Assembly (NCBI GenBank): GCA_963695545.1
Contig: OY968796.1
Span: 2,528,001-2,592,000, forward strand
From: Terriglobia bacterium
Lineage (GTDB): Bacteria > Acidobacteriota > Terriglobia > Acidiferrales > UBA7541
Length of the DNA: 64,000 bases
Reading direction: 5' to 3'
The notes under the pieces were generated by a model. That model made no database searches. It was not told where the DNA came from and saw only the letters and a list, made by a program, of their open reading frames with translations. Of the stretch, positions 36,144 to 44,270 are shown one piece after another. Positions within the stretch are counted from its first letter, which is position 1. Each line of letters opens with the position of its first letter. The position numbers were made by a program, and so were the translations under genes.

Positions 36144-37223
36144 TCAGATGGCCTTGACGTGGGAAAGGCGGTAGGGCGTGCCGATGTTTTCGCGCAGCTC
36201 GAGCCAGAGTGAATCCGGCAGCGAAAGAAAAACATCGACCACTCGCGGATCGAATTGCGTGCCGGAGCAGCGATTGATTTCAGCGCGCGCGTACTGAATC
36301 GACAAGGCCTTGCGGTAAGGCCGGTCCGAAATCATGGCATCGAGCGCGTCGGCCACCGCGAAAATCCGCGCCCCGAGGGGGATTTCCTCGCCCTTCAGTC
36401 CTCTCGGATAGCCGGTTCCGTCAAAATATTCCTGGTGCGCGAGCACGATTTGCGCCGCCTCGCGCAAGAACGGGATGCGCGTGACCATGTTGTACCCGAT
36501 CTCGCAGTGCGTGCGCATCACTTGCTTTTCCTCTTCGTTCAGAGGGCCGGGCTTGCGCAGCACGCTGTCGGGGATGGCCATTTTGCCGATGTCGTGCAGG
36601 AACGCGGCGCGCGCGATCACCGGCAAATTCTGCGGCGGAACTTTCATGGTTTTCGCGATGGCGATGGTGAAGGCTGTCACGCGCTTGCAATGGCCTTCGG
36701 TCTCCGCATCTTTTAAGTCCAGCGCGCCGCCCAGCGCCTCGAGCGTGTCGTCGTAAGATTGTTCGAGTTGCTGGAGCGTGCCCTTGAGCTGCCCCGTGCG
36801 CTCCTCGACCAGGCGCTCGAGGTCGCTCTGATATTTCCGGTTTTCGAGCACCAGGCGGCGGTGATCCAGTGCGCGCCGCACGCTCAAGAAAAGTTGGTCT
36901 TTTTCAAATGGCTTCAGGATGTAGTCGTAGGCCCCGCGGCGAATGGCTTCGAGCGCGGTCGCGATGTCGTGCATCGCGGTGACGATAATTACGGGGACGT
37001 CCGGGTCGTGCTGATGCACCCATTCGAGCAGCCGGATGCCGTCCATCTCCGGCATCACCATGTCGCTCAGCACGAGGTCGGGAGTGTTGTGCTCGAGATG
37101 TGCCTTCGCCAACCGCCCATTCCCGGCGGTCGCGCAGTCGAAGCCCTGCGCTTCGAGCATGGTCGAGACGACCTCGCGGATCGCCTCCTCGTCGTCGACC
37201 ACCAGGATATTGCCCTTGTGCAC
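36144..37223 (-). CDS. Response regulator with HD-GYP c-di-GMP phosphodiesterase domain (RpfG-like)
   Basis: REC domain (VVDDE, SDMVMPEMDG, KPF); LHDIGK; HQEYFDGTGYP; DRPYR. Confidence 0.93.
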   Translation of the reverse strand: MHKGNILVVDDEEAIREVVSTMLEAQGFDCATAGNGRLAKAHLEHNTPDLVLSDMVMPEMDGIRLLEWVHQHDPDVPVIIVTAMHDIATALEAIRRGAYDYILKPFEKDQLFLSVRRALDHRRLVLENRKYQSDLERLVEERTGQLKGTLQQLEQSYDDTLEALGGALDLKDAETEGHCKRVTAFTIAIAKTMKVPPQNLPVIARAAFLHDIGKMAIPDSVLRKPGPLNEEEKQVMRTHCEIGYNMVTRIPFLREAAQIVLAHQEYFDGTGYPRGLKGEEIPLGARIFAVADALDAMISDRPYRKALSIQYARAEINRCSGTQFDPRVVDVFLSLPDSLWLELRENIGTPYRLSHVKAI

Positions 37224-37374
37224 GCGCCACCCTCGGTCCAGCCATTATAGGGCAGACGAATTCGTCGCCGGGCAGGTCCACAACCGATGTTGCTCGTGTT
37301 GACACCTACGACAGGAAGAAATCCGAACGCGGCGTGCGTGAGGCGATGAGGCTTGCTCGCGTGCCCTAGGCACC

Positions 37375-37932
37375 CTAATTTGCGCCGGCTTGTGTGGGAC
37401 CCGGCTCCACGAGGCTGGTCATCGACGCTTCCAAGCGAGTCGCCAAGCTGCCCACCAGGCGCGTCAGGCGCTCAAAGGCCGGAACCGGCACCTCGCCGAG
37501 CGCCAGACGCATCGAAACGGCGGCGTACACCATCCGGAAGCGAATGCCCAGCCTCAAGCGCTCCGCTTCCTGGCGCGCATCCACTTTCGGAGAAAGCGCC
37601 GCGACCATCCGGCCAAATTTCTCGAGGCGCAGATAGTCCTCGCGCAGACCTTGCAGATAGCGCCGCGCCACCTTGCGCCGCTCCGTGCGCAGCGCGGCCC
37701 GCATTCTGTGCGGGATGCGTCGTCCAAGCTCGGCCAGGTCCGATCCGGAGAGCGCCTGGCGCACGAGGGGAAAATATTTCGCGTGGCGAGGCGTCAGATC
37801 TTCTTGGGAGAGATTCGGCAGTTCGGCGCGCGTCGCGCCGCCATGTCGCCCCAAGCGACGCGGCCAGACGAGCACGGCCACCAGCGCCAGCAAGGCAATC
37901 CCCGAGGCGACGAAAAGAAACGCTTCGCTCAT
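37375..37932 (-). CDS. Single-TM hypothetical protein with basic helical cytoplasmic domain
   Basis: N-terminal TM; Arg-rich helices; ATGA overlap with the upstream 7-TM gene. Confidence 0.75.
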   Translation of the reverse strand: MSEAFLFVASGIALLALVAVLVWPRRLGRHGGATRAELPNLSQEDLTPRHAKYFPLVRQALSGSDLAELGRRIPHRMRAALRTERRKVARRYLQGLREDYLRLEKFGRMVAALSPKVDARQEAERLRLGIRFRMVYAAVSMRLALGEVPVPAFERLTRLVGSLATRLEASMTSLVEPGPTQAGAN

Positions 37933-38750
37933 GACTTTAGCAACTCCAGCAGGCGCGCATTGAAGGTCCGCAACCTAAAGTTGACCGCCGGAGAAAGCTC
38001 CCGATACGCCGAAGCGGGCAGCAAGACGGCAGCGAGGCCAACGGCGGGAATGGGTTTTCTCAAAGCTACGGCCCACAGAAGCAGAACGCCGCCCAGAGCG
38101 AGGCCTGGAGCAGAATTCCACCAGGTTTGCGCGTGATCCAGCCAGGCACGGTAACCGAGCCAGCCCGGAAGATGCGTTTCGGCGGCTTGAAACATCATGG
38201 CGGTGGTTATCACGCGGGCAACGGAATAAACGCACAGCCCGATCGCGATGCTGCGCTCGAGCGAATCCATCTCAAGCGTGTAATAGCGGCCGATCAGCAA
38301 CAGGGAGATCAGCACGCCCGTGGCCATGAGCTCCAAGTCTCGCTCGAGTGCCAGTACGAAAGTGTCCAGCCGATACGGCCGGGCGGCCGATTCGTACGCC
38401 GCATGGAACAGAAAGAGGAACGACACCGCCAGCAGGATTCGCCAGGCCAGCGCCCAGATGCCGGGATAGGCGCGCAGAAGACGGAAGCACAATTCACCGA
38501 TGGCCAGTCCCCACGCGGCCAAAAGAATCGCGCGCGCGATCCACGCGGCGTCGTACGCGGTCCACGAACCAAAACCGAATACGTGATATATGACCCACAA
38601 AGAACCAGTCGCTGCCACCATCAGGCTCAGATACGCCGTGAAAAACGGGAGCCTGCGGCGCAGACCGTTCCGGTAGGCCAGAGCGCACACCAAGACTTCA
38701 AGCGCGGATGTAACGACCCAGATCGCGTAGTTCAGATGGTTTAGATGCAT
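37929..38750 (-). CDS. 7-TM hypothetical membrane protein (candidate receptor)
   Basis: Seven hydrophobic segments and an amphipathic C-terminal helix. Start reassigned to MHLNHLNY (38750). Confidence 0.75.
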   Translation of the reverse strand: MHLNHLNYAIWVVTSALEVLVCALAYRNGLRRRLPFFTAYLSLMVAATGSLWVIYHVFGFGSWTAYDAAWIARAILLAAWGLAIGELCFRLLRAYPGIWALAWRILLAVSFLFLFHAAYESAARPYRLDTFVLALERDLELMATGVLISLLLIGRYYTLEMDSLERSIAIGLCVYSVARVITTAMMFQAAETHLPGWLGYRAWLDHAQTWWNSAPGLALGGVLLLWAVALRKPIPAVGLAAVLLPASAYRELSPAVNFRLRTFNARLLELLKS

Positions 38751-38950
38751 CGCGGCCGGGGTCCATGGTAGCACATATGACTGTGGAGTACTTATCGGAT
38801 TTGGTTGCGGCCCGCCGGCCTCCGGCCGCGTCGCACCGGAGGGGCCCAGCGTCGCAAGACTGATGGCACTGTTCGTACTGTGCCGCTTGCTACGTGAGCC
38901 CCGGCGCGAATGCGTCATCCACCTGCTTATCCCCTGCTGGCACGGCCTCT

Positions 38951-39100
38951 TCAGGCGACGGGCGGCGGCGGGACAGGGGGTGTCGGGTCTTCGGCGGACA
39001 GAATCTGATTAGTCGAAGAGTGATTGATGTGCGAGGCAACAGGGAGTACGATGATCGTCGTCAAGGCCACGGCGAGCAACAACGTTGCAATCGTTTTCAT
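38951..39100 (-). CDS. Small secreted Pro-rich peptide precursor (49 aa), absent from ORF track
   Basis: Hand translation: MKTIATLLLAVALTTIIVLPVASHINHSSTNQILSAEDPTPPVPPPPVA*. AGGAGG RBS upstream; Sec-type signal peptide. Confidence 0.8.
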   Translation of the reverse strand: MKTIATLLLAVALTTIIVLPVASHINHSSTNQILSAEDPTPPVPPPPVA

Positions 39101-39159
39101 GGGTTTGAACCCTCCTGGGCGCGCACTGTCGCACCGCGCTTCGGAATCGGCTCAGAACC

Positions 39160-39639
39160 ATGGAAAAAGTTCAGAAAACGGAACGCACGGAATATATGGA
39201 AACGCTCGAACGATTTCGGGGCAGCCGGCGCGTGGTGGAGGATTTCACGCGCCGCTCTCTTTCCGCCATTCCGAGCGGCTACGGACGATTGATCTACGTC
39301 AGTTCATTGCGCGAGAGCGACGATCGCTACCGGCACGACGGCTTGGCCTCCCTATATCCCGATAGCGCCGTGCAGCCCGCCTTGGAGCACTGCCACGAGG
39401 AATTGTTCTCGCAGATTCTGGAGACGCCGCTTTCGCAGCAGGAATGGGATTTGCGGATGTCTTTGGCGGCTCTCGAAGGTGGACTCGAAACGAATCTTGC
39501 CCTTTGGCGCAAGCGAGAGCGGTACGAGGAACTCGAACCGCGCGAATTGCCGGACTACCTATACGATTTGTTCGCGTCGAATTTGAGGCTGCTTTTGGAG
39601 CTGATCGAAGCCGACCTTAACGTTCGACAAGCCGCATAA
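39160..39639 (+). CDS. Hypothetical alpha-helical cytoplasmic protein
   Basis: Divergent from the peptide gene; GRLIYVSSLR...YRHDGL...ALEHCHEELF...EWDL. Start could be 39196. Confidence 0.7.
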   Translation: MEKVQKTERTEYMETLERFRGSRRVVEDFTRRSLSAIPSGYGRLIYVSSLRESDDRYRHDGLASLYPDSAVQPALEHCHEELFSQILETPLSQQEWDLRMSLAALEGGLETNLALWRKRERYEELEPRELPDYLYDLFASNLRLLLELIEADLNVRQAA

Positions 39640-40357
39640 CCACTCCTACGACTTGGCCCACGATCTCGGCTTCCTGGGGCATGCGCCGCACTTCCGGTTT
39701 GCAGGGCGAAAGCGGGTGCGGCTGCAGGCTCAGCGACCAGCCGTCACGCAAACACCAACTGCACCGGTAACCGTCCCGAACGTCAATAAAATAGAGCGGG
39801 CGCTCGTATTCGTTGGTCCATCCGGAATCTCGCACTTGCCGCAGCGCTGGATCGACCAGTACCAGGCTGCCGGGCCGCAGCAGCGGGTCCATCATGCGGT
39901 CTTCCAGGCCGATATAGCCGTAGCGATACCGCTGCGGCCCGTTGAAGAGCACGCCCTCGAGCTCTCCCCATCTTTCCACCATGCGCGAGAGTTGTTCCGT
40001 GCGCCGCGGATCGAAGCCGGGATCGAATCGCATCGGGAGTTGCATCGAACTCGGCGGCGCCGCCAGATGTGTCGAGGGCGCCGCTAGCTGAGTGCTGTCG
40101 GCAAAATGCTTGTCGAAGGGCACATCGTACCAGCGGCAGATTTCACGTGGATCGAGGTGGTAGATCGCGGCCAGAGCGTAGAGTTTGTAAAGGCTGGGTG
40201 TGACCTCGCGGTTTTCGATGTCGGCCAGACGGCTGAGATGGACGATAAATTCCGGACGCCCATGCTGCGATGCGAGATCGTAGCTAGCCCGCTCCACGTC
40301 GCGGTATGTCAAACCCAATTGCTCACGTGCCTTTCGCAGGCACGAGCCAGCGTGCAT
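39617..40357 (-). CDS. XRE-family HTH regulator with C-terminal S24/LexA-like beta domain
   Basis: LRKAREQLGLTYRDV...SRLADIEN..VTPS HTH; EDRMMDPLLRPGSLVLVD...EIVGQVVGV. Promoter TTCATA-N17-TACAAT upstream. Confidence 0.82.
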   Translation of the reverse strand: MHAGSCLRKAREQLGLTYRDVERASYDLASQHGRPEFIVHLSRLADIENREVTPSLYKLYALAAIYHLDPREICRWYDVPFDKHFADSTQLAAPSTHLAAPPSSMQLPMRFDPGFDPRRTEQLSRMVERWGELEGVLFNGPQRYRYGYIGLEDRMMDPLLRPGSLVLVDPALRQVRDSGWTNEYERPLYFIDVRDGYRCSWCLRDGWSLSLQPHPLSPCKPEVRRMPQEAEIVGQVVGVVMRLVER

Positions 40358-40525
40358 AGCTTTCCTCGGTATGGCGATCCGAAGGCTTCACAATTGTAGC
40401 AGGTAACCATTCCGTTATGAATCCAGAACAAGCGGATCGACGCCCGGTCCCCTCCGGGCCGTTCCGGACTGGTTGCCCGTTTGCCCAGAACTGACGATTG
40501 GAATATAATGGTATTCGTGAAGAGA

Positions 40526-41305
40526 ATGCTCCGATTCGGATCAGCATTTCTGGCTCTATTGCTTGGCCAGATCGCGATGACGTCTGCGCGGGCCCAAGCG
40601 CCCCCGGACATCCACAAAATGGCCACGCAGTTGGCCGGCGACCGGGAAGCCACCCAGATCGGCCAGTCCGCCACCGCGAATGACCAGGTGCTCGAAGAGA
40701 CGGCGCTCGAGGCGCTGGATGTGATTGCGCTGAAGGCGCTCAACGTCCGGGGCACGCCGGACGTTGAAGCGTTGAACAAAACGCTTGGGTCGCTGGTGTC
40801 CGCCGACACCGCGACGGGCGAAGATTATGAGGTCACCGAGTTGGCCGGCGTAAGCCCTACTTACGCTTTGGTCGCCAACTTCGGGCTTGCAGGACCCTCC
40901 GCCGTGCGTCTCTATGCGGGATCTCTAGGGCATTTCGCCCTGGTCGGCAAGATCGATTGCTACGATCCGCCGAAATTCTACGACGAATACCTGGCGGTGG
41001 TGCCGATCGTAGCTCCCGAAGCCGTCTTCATGACCGTCGCCGGACGAACCGACGATTTGCAAACCGGCCTTTTCACCGTGTGGTATTTCGACGGCCAGGA
41101 TCTGCATCAAGTGTGGAATTCCGACATGCTGCCGCAGAGCACCTACGAAACCGACGCCTCGGGCGTGCACTTAACCTTCTGCGCCAAACCGGATAACGAC
41201 CATCCCGAGCAGTGCTCGCGCATGGTCCGCGACACCTTCTCCTGGGAGGACGCCGCCTGGAAGCCGCGCGAAACGAAGATCCTCGGAAAGACAAAACCCG
41301 ATTAG
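40526..41305 (+). CDS. Exported hypothetical protein
   Basis: Signal peptide ending ARA-Q; upstream promoter TTGCCC-N17-TATAAT (40481-40509). Start approximate. Confidence 0.7.
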   Translation: MLRFGSAFLALLLGQIAMTSARAQAPPDIHKMATQLAGDREATQIGQSATANDQVLEETALEALDVIALKALNVRGTPDVEALNKTLGSLVSADTATGEDYEVTELAGVSPTYALVANFGLAGPSAVRLYAGSLGHFALVGKIDCYDPPKFYDEYLAVVPIVAPEAVFMTVAGRTDDLQTGLFTVWYFDGQDLHQVWNSDMLPQSTYETDASGVHLTFCAKPDNDHPEQCSRMVRDTFSWEDAAWKPRETKILGKTKPD

Positions 41306-41383
41306 TATCGTCTCCACGGCGCGCGCGGCTCGATCGCTGCGGCGTTTGCCACTCCAATCCGCCGGGAAATTCATGGTCGCTCG

Positions 41384-42910
41384 ATGAGCACGTCTCGATT
41401 CCGCCGGGTGATCCCGAGCATGATGCGGCGGATCCGTGGCTTGGCGATTCTTTGCGTCGCGATGTTGCTGGTCGCTACCGCGTGGGCGCAGCAGACTCCG
41501 TCTTCGGCTCCTTCTTCTGCGCCGTCATCCGCGCCTACGGTCGCGCCTTCGGCGTCCGCTCCTGCTCCTGACGCGTCTTCCGCCGCGACTCCCAACGGTA
41601 ACGCCGATTTCTTCGCGGCAGCGGATGACGTTCTGGCCGAAATGAGCAAGCTGCTCTCCATGCCGATCCTCCATCCGGTGAAAAAAAGCTTGCGCTCGCG
41701 CGACGAGATTCGCGCTTATCTGCTCGCGCAAGAGAAAAAAGAGAAAGACTCCGCGAAAGACTACGCCGATCAGCGCACGCTGGAAATGTTCGGCCTGCTG
41801 CCCAAGGATTTTCCGCTCGAACAAACTCTCAACGACATTTTGACCGAGCAGATCGCCGGCCTCTACGATCCCGACAGTCAGGAATTTTTTATTTCCGATT
41901 GGACCGAACCCGCCGAACAGCGAATGATCATGGCGCACGAACTGACGCACGCGCTGCAGGATCAGCATTATCACATTGACGCGTGGCGCGACGCCGCCAA
42001 GCCCAACGACGACGCCGAACTCGCGCGCGATTCCGTACTCGAGGGCGCCGCAGTGGCGGCCATGATCGATTACATGTTGCGCGACGAAGGAAAAGGGGTG
42101 CGCGATTTACCCGCGGTCGATCCTTCGCTCATCCTCGGCGACACCGCCAGCAGCCCGCTATTTTCCAAGGCGCCCATGGTGATTCGCGACGAGCTGTTGT
42201 TTCCGTACCTCGCGGGAATGACGTTCACGCAAGCGATCCTGAAAGCCACGAATGGCTGGCCCGATTTCGGCCGCGTGTTTGCGAATCCGCCTCAATCCAC
42301 GCAGCAGATCATGCATCCCGATCTTTATTTGCATGGCGTGACGCGCGCGCCGGTTACGCTGCCGGATTTTTCGACTTTGCTGCCCGCCGAGTGGAAGCAG
42401 TTGGACGCAAACCTGATGGGCGAATTCGGCTTGCAGGAAGTTTTGAAACAATTCCTGACCGAATCGCAGGCTCTGAGCATGGCGCCGGCGTGGGCCGGAG
42501 ATCGTTACGCAATTCTTGAGAATCAGCAAACCAAACAGGATTTGCTGATTTTCCGGCTGCGCCTGACCAGCGAGGCAGACGCCGGGCGGTTTTTCGATCT
42601 CTATAGCGACGTGCTGGAATCGAAAGATAAAACGCGCACGAATTTGCTTCGCCGCCCGAATTTCTTCTCGTTCGATACGCCCGCGGGCGGCGTCTTCCTG
42701 CGCTGCGTGGGTGACGAGTGCCTGGCCGCCGAAGGCACCAAACGGGACATTTTCGATCGCATCACGCACGCGATGGGCTGGCCCGCCACGACCGCGCCGA
42801 GCGAACGTGCGTGGCCTACCGATTCCGCGCCGGCCAACATCACGATGCTTTCTCCATCCGCGCTTCCCAATGCATCGAAAAGCTTCGCCGCAACTGCTTC
42901 GCCTCCCTAG
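41384..42910 (+). CDS. Exported zincin-type metallopeptidase-like protein
   Basis: Signal peptide, Ser/Ala/Pro linker, IAGLYDP, AHELTHALQDQH (HExxH), EGAA, FPY and PPQSTQQIMHP. Confidence 0.78.
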   Translation: MSTSRFRRVIPSMMRRIRGLAILCVAMLLVATAWAQQTPSSAPSSAPSSAPTVAPSASAPAPDASSAATPNGNADFFAAADDVLAEMSKLLSMPILHPVKKSLRSRDEIRAYLLAQEKKEKDSAKDYADQRTLEMFGLLPKDFPLEQTLNDILTEQIAGLYDPDSQEFFISDWTEPAEQRMIMAHELTHALQDQHYHIDAWRDAAKPNDDAELARDSVLEGAAVAAMIDYMLRDEGKGVRDLPAVDPSLILGDTASSPLFSKAPMVIRDELLFPYLAGMTFTQAILKATNGWPDFGRVFANPPQSTQQIMHPDLYLHGVTRAPVTLPDFSTLLPAEWKQLDANLMGEFGLQEVLKQFLTESQALSMAPAWAGDRYAILENQQTKQDLLIFRLRLTSEADAGRFFDLYSDVLESKDKTRTNLLRRPNFFSFDTPAGGVFLRCVGDECLAAEGTKRDIFDRITHAMGWPATTAPSERAWPTDSAPANITMLSPSALPNASKSFAATASPP

Positions 42911-42941
42911 CGTCCGACTGTCACGTTGCCGCCGCGCGGCC

Positions 42942-44270
42942 TCACGCATCAAGTTCGAGGCGCGCTCCTTTTCGCGCCAATCTTTGCTGCCGATGCCCGA
43001 GGCGTGATTCAAGGCGGCGCGCGCGTGCCGGCTCGAGCCTGGTTGCGGCGCGCAATTGGCGCAGCGCAGTTTCGGTCCATTCGGCCGCGCGTTCCGGTTG
43101 ACGCGCGCGGTGCTCGAAATGAATCGCCAGTTGTTCGCAGGCTTCGATCGCGGATTCGGCGGCGCTCGCGCCGCGCGCGACGGCCAATTGCTCCCAAATC
43201 GCGGCTGCACGGGTGTAATCGCGCTGGCGCTTGGCCATGTGCGCGAGTTCGCGCTGCGCCATGCGCTCTACGCCCGCGGGCAATCCCGTGTCGATGGCCA
43301 TTTCACACGCGGGTTGCGCACGCGCGTCGCGGCGGCGGCCGAGCAAGCGCGACATGCCGTAAAGATCGAGCGCGCGCTCGGGCGAACGATCTCGCGGCGA
43401 TTCGGGATCGCCACCGAGCAGCGCGCAGATTCTGCCGGAGAGCGCGGCGAGGGCGCGCAAATCCATTTCGTTGTGCCGAAAAACCGTCGCGAGAGGAGCC
43501 GACCCCGCACCGCTCAAATGATCGAAATAAAGCTGGGGAATCAGCGCGGAATCGAGATCGTCGCGGCGCGTCCAAGCAAGTGGACCGGCTTCGGAAAGCA
43601 CGTGGCGCTCGAGGTCGGTGAGGCGCACCGACGGCAAGCGCATGCGCCAAAGTTGGCGCGCGGGATGCAGTAGATCGAGATGCGCCGCGGGAACGGGCGC
43701 GCGGATCGAGCGCGTCATGCGGTAACGCGTTTCAAGAAGCGGCCAATCGAAACTTTTGCCGTTGAAAGTTACGAGCACGGGGCGCTCGGCCATGCGCGCG
43801 GAAAGTTCAAGCAGCACGGAATGTTCTTCGGTGTGATCGCGCATGAAGAATTGCTCGACCTCGAGGCCTCCGGCGTCCCACCACGCGATGCCGACGAGAA
43901 ACGCGTAGGTGCCCGTGCCGCCGGCGAGGCCCGTTGTTTCGGTGTCGAGAAAAAGCCACTGCGCCGGATCTTCGGCCGCACGCGCGCGATCATCCGAGCC
44001 GAGCCCAGCCGGCAGCAAGAGTGACAACGCGCGCGCCGCAGGCGAACATTGCTCGGGGCTCGCGTGCCATCGCCGGACGGTCAGATGTTCGCCGTGGCGA
44101 TTGCTCGCGACTTTGGCGCCAAGCAACTCGGCGAGAGCGGCCCATTCGGCCGTTATATCGCGACGGGAATGAGGGCGCTCGCGTTCATCCTCGAGCGCGC
44201 TTCCGCGCGTGCGGCGCGCGGGCCGCAGCGCGGCCAACTGCGCCAATCTCTCGTTGAACGAATCGCTCAA
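42942..44270 (-). CDS. YprB/MrfB-like RNase H-fold (DEDD) exonuclease with TPR tail
   Basis: FLDTETTGL, VTFNGKSFD, HLDLLH and HNEMD; C-terminal TPR-like helices; 4-nt overlap with the helicase gene. Confidence 0.85.
   Translation of the reverse strand: MSDSFNERLAQLAALRPARRTRGSALEDERERPHSRRDITAEWAALAELLGAKVASNRHGEHLTVRRWHASPEQCSPAARALSLLLPAGLGSDDRARAAEDPAQWLFLDTETTGLAGGTGTYAFLVGIAWWDAGGLEVEQFFMRDHTEEHSVLLELSARMAERPVLVTFNGKSFDWPLLETRYRMTRSIRAPVPAAHLDLLHPARQLWRMRLPSVRLTDLERHVLSEAGPLAWTRRDDLDSALIPQLYFDHLSGAGSAPLATVFRHNEMDLRALAALSGRICALLGGDPESPRDRSPERALDLYGMSRLLGRRRDARAQPACEMAIDTGLPAGVERMAQRELAHMAKRQRDYTRAAAIWEQLAVARGASAAESAIEACEQLAIHFEHRARQPERAAEWTETALRQLRAATRLEPARARRLESRLGHRQQRLARKGARLELDA

Noticed and set aside
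39617..40357. Prophage CI repressor
   Set aside because: No phage genes nearby, and the catalytic Ser motif is missing.
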